Below, piece by piece: positions 35,334-46,294 of a stretch of DNA of 64,000 nt. Position 1 is the stretch's first letter, and the number at the start of each line of letters is the position of its first letter. The translations under genes were made by a program, and so were the position numbers. The notes under the pieces are model-generated. The model was given only the letters and a program-made list of their open reading frames with translations, was not told where the DNA came from and searched no databases. Origin of the DNA: an uncultured Clostridia bacterium (GTDB lineage Bacteria; Bacillota; Clostridia; Oscillospirales; CAG-272); the NCBI GenBank assembly GCA_947302045.1, contig CAMYUQ010000001.1, forward strand, positions 6,035 through 70,034, in the 5' to 3' direction.

Positions 35334-35873
35334 TCATTCGTACTGCGCCCGCGCTCCGCCGATCAGTTTCGGCCGGGTGCGCGCGCAAAGGATCGATGCT
35401 TCACCGATTTTCGAGACGCCCAGACGAACCGGAACCGCTACTGCGCGCAGGTGCATTCCGATCAGGGTCCCTCCGATATCCAAACCCGCATGGGCGCGGA
35501 TCTGCTCCACGGCGACCGGATCGGCGAAGTTGTTCCACGCGGTGGTTGCGAAAGAACCGCCGGCTTTCGGTTTCGGAACGACCCAAACCAGTTCCAGACC
35601 ATAGGCATCGGCACAGGCACGCTCCACGATGATCGCCCGGTTGAGATGTTCGCAGCATTGCGCCGCCAGATAGATTCCCCTGTCCCGTAAAATCGGGTAT
35701 ATCGCCGAAAAGACCGCTTCCGCGGCTTCCAGGCTGGATCCGTGTCCGATCCTCTCTCCCACGATCTCGGAAGATGAACAGCCGACCACCAGAATCTGAC
35801 CGGGTTTCAGCCCGGCAACTTCCAGAAGCTCCGATACGGCACGCGATGCCTGCTCCCGAATTTGTTCTGTCAT
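35334..35873 (-). CDS. TIGR01440/DUF436 (UPF0340) family protein
   Basis: 179 aa. ..GQILVVGCSSSEIVGERIG..YLAAQCCEHLNRAIIVER..GGTLIGMHL... Confidence 0.75.
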   Translation of the reverse strand: MTEQIREQASRAVSELLEVAGLKPGQILVVGCSSSEIVGERIGHGSSLEAAEAVFSAIYPILRDRGIYLAAQCCEHLNRAIIVERACADAYGLELVWVVPKPKAGGSFATTAWNNFADPVAVEQIRAHAGLDIGGTLIGMHLRAVAVPVRLGVSKIGEASILCARTRPKLIGGARAQYE

Positions 35874-35905
35874 TGTAAAACGCCTCTTTTCCGCAATGCA
35901 ATCAA

Positions 35906-36988
35906 TTATTGGATCCTGTCGCTCCCGTCATCGGGAATGACCTCGTTCACCGAAGCGATCGCGCATTCGATCATATCATCCGTCGGTTCCTTGACCGTAA
36001 TATGCTGTAACCACACGCCGGGGGCGGAGATCATCCGCGTGAACCGGTTATCGTGCCGTCCCGCAAACTTGATCAGCTCATATCCCAATCCGACGATCAG
36101 CGGGATCAGCGCAAGGCGAACCAATACCCGCGGCAGGGTTGGCAGCGTACTTCCCGAAATCGCAATGGCGATCGGGTCGATGAAGAAAGAAATGAAGATA
36201 CTCACCAAAACCATCAGGATCAGGAAAGACGTTCCGCATCTGGGATGGAATCGCCGCTGCAACCGAACGTTTTCCACCGTGAGCGGCAGACCCGCTTCAT
36301 AGCAGAAGATCGTTTTGTGCTCGGCTCCGTGATACATAAACGTCCGCTTGATGTCCTTCTCCAAAGAGATCACCAGCATATACCCTACGAGCAGGATCAC
36401 TTTTAGAACGCCCTCAAACGCCGATTTGATCAGAGAATTGAGCGCCGCGCCGTTTGCCTCTCCCTGCGCTGCCGGAACGGCGCGTACGAACAGCTCAAAC
36501 AACTTGGACGGAACGTAGACAAACAGCCCGATCGCAATGGCAAGCCCTAAGACCACGCTGACGATCATCGTGGCCGTCATGACCCAGGCAGGCAGTTTTT
36601 TCTCTTCCTTTTCCGCCTCTTTCCCGGATTCCGGTGTCTGTTCCGACGGCTCTTCCGGTACCGACTCGACCGGCTCCTGCTTTTTCCTCTTTTTCGGCTT
36701 TTCTTCCACGACTTCGTTCAGCCCTGCAAGCTCCGCCGACCGCATCAGTGCTCTGTAACCGACCGTCATGGAATCAATATATCCGAAAATGCCCCGAATA
36801 ATCGGCAGTTTACAGATCTTCGGTCTGTTCGCACCTTTGGTTTCTTCCACTTCGGTCACGATCTCGCCCTTCGGCGTGCGCACCGAGAGCGCGGTCTTTT
36901 TCGGGCCGCGCATCATGATTCCTTCCATCAATGCCTGCCCGCCGATTGACGTCCGGATGGCACAGGCATTCCGTTCCTGTTTTTTCAA
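35906..36988 (-). CDS. DUF1385 (YqhQ-like) membrane protein with an acidic/lysine-rich insertion
   Basis: 360 aa. ..IGGQALMEGIMMRGP..YHGAEHKTIFCYE... Contains a low-complexity insert EEKPKKRKKQEPVESVPEEPSEQTPESGKEAEKEEKK. Confidence 0.75.
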   Translation of the reverse strand: MKKQERNACAIRTSIGGQALMEGIMMRGPKKTALSVRTPKGEIVTEVEETKGANRPKICKLPIIRGIFGYIDSMTVGYRALMRSAELAGLNEVVEEKPKKRKKQEPVESVPEEPSEQTPESGKEAEKEEKKLPAWVMTATMIVSVVLGLAIAIGLFVYVPSKLFELFVRAVPAAQGEANGAALNSLIKSAFEGVLKVILLVGYMLVISLEKDIKRTFMYHGAEHKTIFCYEAGLPLTVENVRLQRRFHPRCGTSFLILMVLVSIFISFFIDPIAIAISGSTLPTLPRVLVRLALIPLIVGLGYELIKFAGRHDNRFTRMISAPGVWLQHITVKEPTDDMIECAIASVNEVIPDDGSDRIQ

Positions 36989-37048
36989 GGTAAAATTCCT
37001 TTCAGAGAAGCTTTGAGATTATTATACACCCCACATATGAACGCCGTA

Positions 37049-37951
37049 TTAACAGAGCGAAAATTCCCGATTGACAGGCGTACAAACCGAGCCGGATATT
37101 CCGATCCTTTTCAGTTCCGCCAGCCCCGCTTCCGCCTCCCGTTCCGTTCGGAAAATACCGAACACAGACGGTCCGCTCCCGCTCATCATGGCACCCACGG
37201 CACCCTTTTCGGTCAGCGCGTTCCGGATCACTTCCACATACGGATTGCGTTCACAGATGACACTTTCAAATATGTTATCCATCCGACCGCAAACGGTCGA
37301 AAGATCCCCTTTTTGCAGGGCGTCTATCAGTTTTTCGGGATTTGACGCTCCGACAGCATGCGTAAAATCGCCGTATCGGCGATCCAGCTCCGCGTAAGCC
37401 AGCGGAGTGGAAACGCCGTCCCCGGCGCAAGCGATCACCAGAGAGCAAGGCGGCAATCCGGCGCATGGGGTCAGCAAATCCCCGATTCCCTGCGTTCGCA
37501 TCGTCCCACCCCGGATGCAGAATGGAATATCGGCGCCGAGTGCTGCTCCGGTTTGGCAAAGTTCCCCGGCGGAAAGAGGGAATCCGAACAACCGGTTGAG
37601 GGCACGCAAGGTTGCCGCCGCATCCGCGCTTCCGCCCGCCAAACCGCCTGCCATAGGAATGTTTTTTTCAATGTGAATATGCACGCTTCCGGTTCTCCCG
37701 GTCGCTTTCAGCAGTGCGTCCGCCGCCCGGTATGCCAGATTCCGTCCGTCGGTCGGCATTGCCGGATTTCCGTCGGCAGTCAGGAAAACCGTATTTTCTG
37801 CCGCCGCTTCAAAATCAACCGTCACCGCGTCCCGGAGAGAGACCGTCTGCATCACGCCGTCCAGAATGTGATACCCATCCGTCCGCTTCCCGACGATCTG
37901 CAGGGAAAGATTGATTTTCGCATACGCCGATTCCGTCACGCGCCCCGTCAT
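37049..37951 (-). CDS. ispE: 4-diphosphocytidyl-2-C-methyl-D-erythritol kinase
   Basis: Start at ATG 37949-37951 (MTGRVTESAYAKINLSLQIVGKRTDGYH..) after GGGAGGGAGAAGA. GHMP motif PMAGGLAGGSADAAA. Confidence 0.9.
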   Translation of the reverse strand: MTGRVTESAYAKINLSLQIVGKRTDGYHILDGVMQTVSLRDAVTVDFEAAAENTVFLTADGNPAMPTDGRNLAYRAADALLKATGRTGSVHIHIEKNIPMAGGLAGGSADAAATLRALNRLFGFPLSAGELCQTGAALGADIPFCIRGGTMRTQGIGDLLTPCAGLPPCSLVIACAGDGVSTPLAYAELDRRYGDFTHAVGASNPEKLIDALQKGDLSTVCGRMDNIFESVICERNPYVEVIRNALTEKGAVGAMMSGSGPSVFGIFRTEREAEAGLAELKRIGISGSVCTPVNREFSLC

Positions 37952-38154
37952 TCTTCTCCCTCCCGGCTGTTTTTGGTTGGATTGCACCGCTTTTCGATCC
38001 TATTTTACCACAGAGAGGGATAATTTGCAAGAATATTTTGAAAATCTTGCGAATTCTCTTGACGAATCGGGAAAAATGATATAAAATAGTATGAGATATG
38101 CCAATTTATCTACCGCGCACGCACTCGCGCACGCAGGAGGAAAGGAGGAAGACC

Positions 38155-39672
38155 ATGGAAGAGAATCAAACCGGCAAAAAGAAATGGTTGATCGGGATCG
38201 CCATTTATACCGTTTTACTGTTTGCGGTTTTGCTGATTTCCAAGATCGAGCCGCTGGCGATGTGGTTCGGCACGTTCTTTTCTCTTTTGCGCCCTCTTGT
38301 GATCGGGCTCGTGATTGCCTATCTGGCAAATCCGTTCTTCCGCCTGTTTGAGCGGAAACTCTTTTTCCGGGTCCGCCCCAAATCCCTGCGACGGGTTTTG
38401 TCCCTGCTCTGCACTTACCTCGTGTTCCTGCTTATTCTGGCTCTTTTGGTGATCCTGATCGTTCCGCAGCTTTCTTTCAGCATCCGGAACTTTCTCGTTC
38501 ACATTGAGGAGCGGGTGGACGATTATCTTCCCTCTCTGAACCGGCTGATCGATCGTATCAACGGGATCCTTCCGGCAAAAAGAGACGGAACGCCCGCCAT
38601 TGCTCCGCTGACCCGGGAAGCGGTTTTCGGATGGATCGGCAATCTCGGAAAATCGCTGACCGGTATGCTGACCGACCGGATCGGCTTTTCCAACGTTTCA
38701 AAAATTTGGCAGTTTCTTTCCGGAACGGCAGTCGTTCTGAAAAATCTGTTTCTGGGACTCTTCCTATCCTTGTATTTTCTTGCATCCAAAGAGCGGCGGT
38801 ATGCGCAGGTCATGAAGACGCGCCGCGCGCTGTTCAGCGACCGGGTCAATCGGCGGATCACCCATATCTGCACGGTTGCGGATCGGTCTTTCGGCGGCTT
38901 TTTGCGCGGTAAGATCATCGATTCCCTGATCGTCGGGCTGCTGGTTTACCTGGCTTGCCTGATCTTCCGGATCCCCTATCCTCTGCTCGTCGCCACCATC
39001 GTCGGAATCACCGACATCGTCCCGGTCATCGGTCCCTTTATCGGGGTCATTCCGACGGCGATCATCATCCTGCTCACAGACCCCGTCAAAGTGATATTCT
39101 TCCTGCTCGCCGTCCTGGTAATTCAGCAGATCGACGGAAACATCATCGCACCGAAGATCTTAGGCGAGCAAACGGGCGTCAGCTCCCTTTGCGTCATCAT
39201 TGCGGTGATCCTCATGGGCGGACTGTTCGGATTTGTCGGTATGCTGATCGGCGTTCCGTTGTTTGCAACCGTTCTGGAACTTCTGGACGTTTATCTCGAC
39301 AAACGGTTGCGGGAGCGCGGACTCTCCGACGACGCGGGGCATTTCTGCTCCGGAGCCACGTACCTGCCTGAACCGGAGATTTCAAAAGAGGTCAAGAAAG
39401 AAACGCTGGACGAAAAATATACGCGGCTCACGCAGGAAGCCGGAAACGGCGACCTTTCCCTGATGGAGCGAATCCAGCTCCGCACTTTCCGTCTGGCGCG
39501 CAAGCATCATCTCTATTCGGATTTTTCCGAGGAAACGATGGCAAAATTCGCCGAGGAAGAAAACGCGGTATTTTTTGAGACCGTTCAACCTGCGCAGGAT
39601 GCGTCCGAGGAGCCGGATGTCGACGCCTCGGCGGACAAGTCGGATCCCACGGAGGGAGGTGCGCCGACATGA
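38155..39672 (+). CDS. AI-2E family transporter (PerM-like), copy 1, with ~130-aa hydrophilic C-terminal tail
   Basis: Start MEENQTGKKKWLIG.. after AGGAGGAAAGGAGGA. ..GITDIVPVIGPFIGVIPTAIIILL..QQIDGNIIAPKILG... Confidence 0.85.
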   Translation: MEENQTGKKKWLIGIAIYTVLLFAVLLISKIEPLAMWFGTFFSLLRPLVIGLVIAYLANPFFRLFERKLFFRVRPKSLRRVLSLLCTYLVFLLILALLVILIVPQLSFSIRNFLVHIEERVDDYLPSLNRLIDRINGILPAKRDGTPAIAPLTREAVFGWIGNLGKSLTGMLTDRIGFSNVSKIWQFLSGTAVVLKNLFLGLFLSLYFLASKERRYAQVMKTRRALFSDRVNRRITHICTVADRSFGGFLRGKIIDSLIVGLLVYLACLIFRIPYPLLVATIVGITDIVPVIGPFIGVIPTAIIILLTDPVKVIFFLLAVLVIQQIDGNIIAPKILGEQTGVSSLCVIIAVILMGGLFGFVGMLIGVPLFATVLELLDVYLDKRLRERGLSDDAGHFCSGATYLPEPEISKEVKKETLDEKYTRLTQEAGNGDLSLMERIQLRTFRLARKHHLYSDFSEETMAKFAEEENAVFFETVQPAQDASEEPDVDASADKSDPTEGGAPT

Positions 39673-41120
39673 AGTTCTCCCGCAAAAAGACCGTGATTGC
39701 CGTTTGTGTCATCGCCGTTCTGATCCTGGCAGTCCTTTTTATCGTCAATGCCAACGCCCTGAAAACGTGGGTACGGTCGCTGCTGCTTCTGTTCCGTCCG
39801 ATCCTGATCGGATTGGGGATCGCTTATCTGCTCCACCCGGTTTTCCGGCTTTTGGAACAGCGCGTATTTCGTCTGGTTCACCCCCTGTGGCTGCGCCGTG
39901 CGATTTCCCTGTTCTTCTCCTACCTGTTCCTGCTGGTGCTGATCGCATTGCTGTTTGCTCTGATCGTGCCGCAGTTTGTTGCGAGCGTACGCACCTTCTC
40001 CGCAAATTATACGTCCTATCTCTCGGCGGGGATCGAACGTTACAACCGTTCTCTGGAATCGCTCAACGCCTTCCTCGACCGGTTTGATATCTCGCAGAAC
40101 ATCCTGCGTCAAAGCTCTGTCGAAGAGCTGGAATCCTACCTTTCCAACCTCATCCGGGATACCTCCACGTGGACGTCCTTCCTGGAATCTCAGAATCTGG
40201 GACGCGTCATCGGCGCCGCGCGCAGCACCGTTGCGATCATCATAGACGTTCTTTTCAGCTTCTTCATTTCTCTGTATCTGCTCTCCACGAAGGAGAAACG
40301 CTACGCGCAGGTCATGAAGCTCCGGCGCGCCATGCTCAGCGACCGGGTCAACACCGCCGTCACGCAATTCTGCACCGTTGCGGACAGGGCATTCGGCAAC
40401 TTCCTGGGAGGAAAAATGCTGGATTCCCTGATCATCGGTTTGATCACTTACGTCGTATTGCTGATCTTCCGGATGCCGTATCCGGTTCTGTGCGCCGCGA
40501 TCATCGGCATTACCAACATGATCCCGTTCATCGGTCCCGTTTTCGGCGCGATCCCGACCGGACTGATCGTTTTGCTGACCGACCCCGCAAAGGTGATCCC
40601 CTTCTTGCTGATCGTTCTGGTCATTCAGCAAACCGACGGACACGTTATCGGTCCCAAAATTCTGGGCAACAGCAACGGTATCAGCCCGTTCTGCGTTCTG
40701 GTCGCGCTCTTCACGATGGGTGAGCTTTGGGGATTCTGGGGAATGCTCTTCGGAGTTCCGTTGTTCGCAACGGTGATCGAACTGTTCCGCTCCTTCCTCG
40801 AACAGCGGCTGCATACAAAAGGTCTCCCTGCCGCCACCGAAAACTATTACCCCCCGGACAGCATGGTGGACCCTGCGCTGGATACGCAAACGTCGACAGA
40901 AAAGAATCTGCGCGGATTTGAAAAGCGGATCCTTCGGCTCAAAGCCGCGCAGGAACGCAATCTGCCGCTTACCCGGCGTCAGCGGCTGAACCTCTGGTTC
41001 TACGAGGTCGGGAAAAAGCTCTCTCTCTTCCCGCAAAGATCGGTCAAGGCGGAAACGCAATTCTCCGCGGAAGAGGCCGTTCGGGAACGCAAATCGGAAA
41101 TCAAAAAACAAAGAGGATAA
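39669..41120 (+). CDS. AI-2E family transporter (PerM-like), copy 2
   Basis: ATGA start/stop overlap with copy 1. ..GITNMIPFIGPVFGAIPTGLIVLL..QQTDGHVIGPKILG... Confidence 0.85.
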   Translation: MKFSRKKTVIAVCVIAVLILAVLFIVNANALKTWVRSLLLLFRPILIGLGIAYLLHPVFRLLEQRVFRLVHPLWLRRAISLFFSYLFLLVLIALLFALIVPQFVASVRTFSANYTSYLSAGIERYNRSLESLNAFLDRFDISQNILRQSSVEELESYLSNLIRDTSTWTSFLESQNLGRVIGAARSTVAIIIDVLFSFFISLYLLSTKEKRYAQVMKLRRAMLSDRVNTAVTQFCTVADRAFGNFLGGKMLDSLIIGLITYVVLLIFRMPYPVLCAAIIGITNMIPFIGPVFGAIPTGLIVLLTDPAKVIPFLLIVLVIQQTDGHVIGPKILGNSNGISPFCVLVALFTMGELWGFWGMLFGVPLFATVIELFRSFLEQRLHTKGLPAATENYYPPDSMVDPALDTQTSTEKNLRGFEKRILRLKAAQERNLPLTRRQRLNLWFYEVGKKLSLFPQRSVKAETQFSAEEAVRERKSEIKKQRG

Positions 41121-41124
41121 ACAC

Positions 41125-42978
41125 ATGAACGAAACCGTAAAAAAGGGCGGAATCTCGGTGCAAACCGAGCATATCTTCCCGGTCATCAAAAAATGGCTCT
41201 ACTCCGAAAAGGACATCTTTCTGCGCGAGATCGTTTCCAACGCCTGTGACGCGATCACCAAATTGCGTCGGCTCTCCTCGCTCGGCCAGTACGACGGCGG
41301 CGACGAAACCTATCGCGTTGACGTGACGCTGGATAAAACCGCAAAAACGCTGACGGTTTCCGACAACGGGATCGGTATGACCGCCGAGGAAGTAGATAAA
41401 TATATTTGCCAGATCGCCCTTTCGGGAGCGCTCGATTTTATTGAAAAATACGAGGGTGATAACCAAAACAACGGGATCATCGGGCATTTCGGGCTCGGAT
41501 TCTACTCCGCGTTCATGGTAAGCGATTCGGTGGAAGTTCTGACCAGATCCTACACCGGCGCACCCGCCGTACACTGGACCTGTTCGGAAAGCGGCTCCTA
41601 TGAATCCGGTGAGGGCTCCCGGGAAGCGCACGGAACGACCGTTGTGATGCACATTTCCGACGAGGAAGCCGAATATCTGGACGCAGGCAAAATCGAGGGG
41701 ATCCTCGATAAATACTGCGCCTTTATGCCGGTGGAGATCTATTTCGAGAACGAATCGGACGACACGGACGGCAAGAGCAAGAAAAAAGACAAAAAGAAGG
41801 AAGAACCCAAGCCCATCAACGATACCACGCCTCTGTGGCTGAAAAATCCGTCGGATTGCACGGCGGAGGAATACAAGGATTTTTACCGCAAGGTCTTTCA
41901 CGATTTTCGTGAACCGCTCTTCTGGATCCACATCAACGCCGATTATCCGCTGAATTTCCGGGGGATCCTCTATTTCCCGAAGATCTCAAACGAATATGAA
42001 TCCATCGAGGGGCAGGTCAAGCTCTACTACAATCAGGTCTTTGTTGCCGACAACATCAAGGAAGTGATTCCCGAATACCTGCTCATGCTCAAAGGGGTTC
42101 TCGACTGTCCCGAACTGCCTCTTAACGTATCCCGCAGCTATCTGCAAAACAACACCTACGTTTCAAAGGTATCGGCTCATATCGTGAAAAAGGTTGCCGA
42201 CAAGCTCAACAGTCTGTGCGGAACCGAACGGGAAACCTACGAGAATGTCTGGTCGGATATCAGGACGTTTGTGGAATATGCCTGTATGCGGGATCGAAAA
42301 TTCTACGACCGCGTCAAGGATTCGCTGCTTCTCAAACTGACCGACGGAAAATTCCTGACCACAAAGGACTATCTGGAAGCCGCAAAAGAGAAGCACGAAA
42401 ACACCGTTTATTATACCTCCGATCCAGCGGCACAGGCGCAGTATATCGCGCTCTTCGACGCGCAGGGCGTGCAGGTTGCCGTATTTGACCACAGTCTCGA
42501 CTCTCAATATCTTTCCACGCTGGAAAGCTACGAGACGACCGTTAAATATCTCCGCATCGACGCGGACGTGGCCGGTGCTTTGAAAGGAGACGGAGAAACG
42601 ACCGAAAACGCCGATCTGACCGCTCTGTTCCGCAAGATCGCCGGGGATGAAAAGCTGAAAGTCGAATACGTTGCCCTCAAAGACGGGAGCGTTCCGTTGC
42701 TCCTGACCGTTTCCGAGCAGTCCCGCCGGATGGAGGAGATGATGAAGCTCTACGCCATGAGCGGAATGGGATCCATGCCGCCCTTCCCCTCCGAAGCGAC
42801 GCTGACCGTCAACACCGCTTCCCCGCTGATCGCAAAACTTGGCGGCATGGATGACAGCCGGCGTGAACAGATTGCAAAACAACTCTACCGTCTGGCATTG
42901 CTTTCGCAAAGAAAGCTGACCGCGGAAGAACTGAAAGAGTTTCTTTCCGGCAGCTATGAAATTCTGAACCTGATCTGA
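41125..42978 (+). CDS. htpG: Molecular chaperone HtpG (Hsp90)
   Basis: 617 aa. ..IKKWLYSEKDIFLREIVSNACDAITKLR..GIIGHFGLGFYSAFMV... Confidence 0.93.
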   Translation: MNETVKKGGISVQTEHIFPVIKKWLYSEKDIFLREIVSNACDAITKLRRLSSLGQYDGGDETYRVDVTLDKTAKTLTVSDNGIGMTAEEVDKYICQIALSGALDFIEKYEGDNQNNGIIGHFGLGFYSAFMVSDSVEVLTRSYTGAPAVHWTCSESGSYESGEGSREAHGTTVVMHISDEEAEYLDAGKIEGILDKYCAFMPVEIYFENESDDTDGKSKKKDKKKEEPKPINDTTPLWLKNPSDCTAEEYKDFYRKVFHDFREPLFWIHINADYPLNFRGILYFPKISNEYESIEGQVKLYYNQVFVADNIKEVIPEYLLMLKGVLDCPELPLNVSRSYLQNNTYVSKVSAHIVKKVADKLNSLCGTERETYENVWSDIRTFVEYACMRDRKFYDRVKDSLLLKLTDGKFLTTKDYLEAAKEKHENTVYYTSDPAAQAQYIALFDAQGVQVAVFDHSLDSQYLSTLESYETTVKYLRIDADVAGALKGDGETTENADLTALFRKIAGDEKLKVEYVALKDGSVPLLLTVSEQSRRMEEMMKLYAMSGMGSMPPFPSEATLTVNTASPLIAKLGGMDDSRREQIAKQLYRLALLSQRKLTAEELKEFLSGSYEILNLI

Positions 42979-43024
42979 TCGCCGAGGGATCGGACACACC
43001 CGAAAAAAGAGAGGTTACCCGTTT

Positions 43025-44746
43025 ATGAAACAGTATCGCATCGAATATGAGAGATGGCTTTCGGAGCCGGCAGTCAGCGACTCCGAAAAGCAGGAACTCC
43101 GCTCCATCGCGGAAAACGAAACCGAAATCGAATTGCGGTTTTCCAAAGGTCTGACCTTCGGAACAGGCGGATTGCGCGGCGAAATGAAAGCCGGGCTGAA
43201 CGCCATGAATATACATACCGTAGCGCACGCCACCCAGGGGCTTGCCAACCTGATCCGGAAGCAGAACCGTGCAAACGAGGGCGTCGTTGTCGGCTGTGAT
43301 TGCCGGAACAATTCTCCGCTGTTCGCCAAGACCGCGGCAAGCGTTCTTGCGGCAAACGGAATTAAAGTCTACCTGTTCGATGCACTGCGCCCGACTCCCG
43401 AACTTTCGTTTGCGGTGCGGGAACTGCACTGCGTTGCCGGGATCAACATCACCGCCTCCCACAATTCCAAACAGTACAACGGCTACAAGGTGTATTGGGA
43501 CGACGGCGGTCAGCTTCCGCCCGAACACGCCGACACGGTGTTTGCGGAGATCACAAAGCTGGATATTTTCCGGGACGTCAAACAAACCGACTTGCAGGGA
43601 GCAATCGACGCCGGAATCGTTTCGATGATCGGCAAAGAGATCGACGAAAAGTACCTTGCCGCCGTGCAGGCGCAAGCGGTCAACCCCGCCGCCGTGAAAG
43701 AGGTTGCAAACGATCTTTGCATCGTTTATACGCCGCTCCACGGAGCCGGTTACCGTCTGGTTCCCGAAATCTTGCATCGCATCGGTCTGAAACGTCTTTA
43801 TACGGTTGACGAACAGATGGTGAACGACGGGAATTTCCCGACCGTAAAAAAGCCCAATCCGGAATATCCGGACGTATTTGCGCTCGGGATCGACCTGGCA
43901 AACCGAGTGGGATCCGATTTGATCATCGCGACCGACCCGGACGCCGACCGCGTTGGCGTTATGAGCCGCACCAAATCCGGAAAGTTTGTAACGATCTCCG
44001 GTAACCAGATGGGAGCCCTGCTGGTTCATTATATCATCACGGCATATCGCCGCACGAATACCATGCCGAAAGACCCCTACGCGGTCAAAACCATCGTATC
44101 CTCCGAACTCGCCACGCGGATCTGCGAGGCAAGCGGCGTTAAGATGTTCAACGTGCTGACCGGATTCAAGTTCATCGGCGAGGTGATCAAGAATCACGAA
44201 ATCAGCGGCGAGGGAACCTTCCTCTTCGGGTTTGAGGAAAGCTACGGATACCTCAAAGGAACCTACGCCCGTGATAAAGACGCGGTCGTTGCCGCGATGC
44301 TGATCTGCGAAATGACCGCCTACTACCGTAAAAAGGGCATGACGCTCTCGGACGCGCTCGATCAACTGTTTGAGCAGTTCGGCTTTTGCTATGAATACAG
44401 CGCGGAGATCTACATGGAAGGGCTGGACGGCGCCGCCCGGATGGAGAAGCTGATGAATACCCTGCGCTACAATCCGCCCAAGGAATTTGACGGCGAACCG
44501 GTCGCCGTTGTCAGCGACTATCTGACCGGAACCGTTCGATCCGGCGAAACGGTTTCTCCGACCGGACTGCCGAAGTCCAATGTCCTTTCCTACCGTTTGA
44601 AAAACGATGATCTGATCGTGATCCGCCCGTCCGGAACCGAGCCGAAAATCAAGTTCTACTATCTGCTTCGCGCGAAGGACGCCGCCGACGGGGCATCCAA
44701 ATCCAAGCGCTACGAAGCCGCGCTTTTCCGGTTAGCCGGAATTTGA
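43025..44746 (+). CDS. Phospho-sugar mutase (phosphoglucomutase/phosphomannomutase family)
   Basis: 573 aa. Active-site loop GINITASHNSKQYNGYK, metal loop ATDPDADRVG. Confidence 0.9.
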   Translation: MKQYRIEYERWLSEPAVSDSEKQELRSIAENETEIELRFSKGLTFGTGGLRGEMKAGLNAMNIHTVAHATQGLANLIRKQNRANEGVVVGCDCRNNSPLFAKTAASVLAANGIKVYLFDALRPTPELSFAVRELHCVAGINITASHNSKQYNGYKVYWDDGGQLPPEHADTVFAEITKLDIFRDVKQTDLQGAIDAGIVSMIGKEIDEKYLAAVQAQAVNPAAVKEVANDLCIVYTPLHGAGYRLVPEILHRIGLKRLYTVDEQMVNDGNFPTVKKPNPEYPDVFALGIDLANRVGSDLIIATDPDADRVGVMSRTKSGKFVTISGNQMGALLVHYIITAYRRTNTMPKDPYAVKTIVSSELATRICEASGVKMFNVLTGFKFIGEVIKNHEISGEGTFLFGFEESYGYLKGTYARDKDAVVAAMLICEMTAYYRKKGMTLSDALDQLFEQFGFCYEYSAEIYMEGLDGAARMEKLMNTLRYNPPKEFDGEPVAVVSDYLTGTVRSGETVSPTGLPKSNVLSYRLKNDDLIVIRPSGTEPKIKFYYLLRAKDAADGASKSKRYEAALFRLAGI

Positions 44747-44783
44747 TCCACTTCCCCACTCCAACGAAAGGAGGAACACAAGA

Positions 44784-46214
44784 ATGTCCGAGAACGAAGA
44801 ACTGAACGAAATCGTTTCAAACGAAGATCTTGTGGAAAACAAAAAAGAACATCTCCGGGAATTGCTCGAAACAAAGCATTATGCCGCTTTCATTCGCGCA
44901 ATGGATGAAATGATCCCGGTTGACGCCGCGGAATTTCTCTCGGAGCTTCCGACAAACCGCGCGTCGGTCGCATTCCGAATGCTCAAAAAAGATACCGCCG
45001 CCACCATTTTCGCAGAACTTGAACCCGATCTGCAAACGTCTCTGGTTGGCGCCATGACCGACCGCGAAGTCCATGACATTCTGGAAGAGCTCTACGTCGA
45101 CGACGCCGTCGATATGCTCGAAGAAATGCCGGCAAACGTCGTCAAACGGATCCTCAAAAACGCCACGAAAGAAACACGCGCCGAGATCAACCGCTTCCTT
45201 TCCTACCCTGAGGACAGCGCCGGAAGCGTGATGACGAGCGAGTTTATTGACCTGACCAAAACGATGACCTGTACCCAGGCGATCGAACACATCCGGCGAA
45301 CCGGTATCGACAAAGAAACGGTCTACGTTGCCTACGTGACCGATTCCTCCCGGGTTCTGGAAGGCGTGGTTCCGCTCAAACATCTGCTCTTCTCGGAGCC
45401 GGACGAGATCATCGAGAACATCATGAATACCAACGTGGTCTATGCGCATACGCAGGATGACCAGGAAACGGTTGCGAACATGATCTCGCACTACGACTTG
45501 ATCGCTCTTCCCATCGTGGACAAAGAGGAACGGCTGGTCGGGATCGTAACGGTCGACGATGCTCTGGACGTCCTTGAAGCCGAGGCAACCGAGGACATTG
45601 AAAAAATGGCGGCTATTTTGCCGACCGACAAGCCCTACCTTAAAACCGGCATCTTTGAAACTTGGAGAAAGCGTATTCCGTGGCTGTTGCTGCTGATGGT
45701 TTCGGCAACCTTTACCAGCACCATCATCACGCATTACGAAGTCGCCATCGGACGATACGCCGTTTTGACCGCGTTCTTCCCGATGCTCATGGATACCGGC
45801 GGAAACGCCGGCGGGCAAACGTCCGTCACCATTATCCGCGGACTCTCTCTGGGAGATATCCGGATGCGGGATATTTTGCGCGTCCTCTGGAAAGAGCTGC
45901 GCGTTTCTATGCTTTGCGGCGCAACCATTGCCGCCGCCACCTTTATCAAAGTCTTTGCGATCGACTTCAAATTCAAGCCGTCTGTGATGGTCGGCGAAGC
46001 CCTGCAAAACAATCTGCAGATCTGCCTGATTATCTGCATGACGGTATTCTTCGCGATCGTTGTGGCAAAACTGGTCGGCGCAACGCTGCCGATCCTGGCA
46101 AAGCGCATCGGATTCGACCCTGCCGTGATGGCTTCTCCGTTCATTACCACCATTGTGGACGCCGTCACGCTGGTCATCTATTTTGCCATCGCTTCGAGCA
46201 TTCTCAAATTTTAG
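44784..46214 (+). CDS. mgtE: Magnesium transporter MgtE
   Basis: 476 aa. N-domain, 2 CBS domains and TM domain ..PMLMDTGGNAGGQTSV... Ends in TAG (46212-46214), with a terminator hairpin starting 11 nt later. Confidence 0.92.
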   Translation: MSENEELNEIVSNEDLVENKKEHLRELLETKHYAAFIRAMDEMIPVDAAEFLSELPTNRASVAFRMLKKDTAATIFAELEPDLQTSLVGAMTDREVHDILEELYVDDAVDMLEEMPANVVKRILKNATKETRAEINRFLSYPEDSAGSVMTSEFIDLTKTMTCTQAIEHIRRTGIDKETVYVAYVTDSSRVLEGVVPLKHLLFSEPDEIIENIMNTNVVYAHTQDDQETVANMISHYDLIALPIVDKEERLVGIVTVDDALDVLEAEATEDIEKMAAILPTDKPYLKTGIFETWRKRIPWLLLLMVSATFTSTIITHYEVAIGRYAVLTAFFPMLMDTGGNAGGQTSVTIIRGLSLGDIRMRDILRVLWKELRVSMLCGATIAAATFIKVFAIDFKFKPSVMVGEALQNNLQICLIICMTVFFAIVVAKLVGATLPILAKRIGFDPAVMASPFITTIVDAVTLVIYFAIASSILKF

Positions 46215-46224
46215 GATCGCAAGC

Positions 46225-46272
46225 AAAAGAAGGGATCCGAAAAGCCGGCGACTTTTCGGATCCCTTCTTTTT
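46225..46272. terminator. Bidirectional terminator between mgtE and the lipoprotein gene
   Basis: AAAAGAAGGGATCCGAAAAG..CTTTTCGGATCCCTTCTTTTT. Confidence 0.85.
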
Positions 46273-46294
46273 CTATCGGAATATCAAAGCAGGA

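Noticed and set aside
44747-44783. M-box (Mg2+) riboswitch upstream of mgtE.
   Set aside because: The intergenic space is only 37 nt, and mgtE appears co-transcribed with the phosphosugar mutase gene. There is no room for a ~160-nt M-box.
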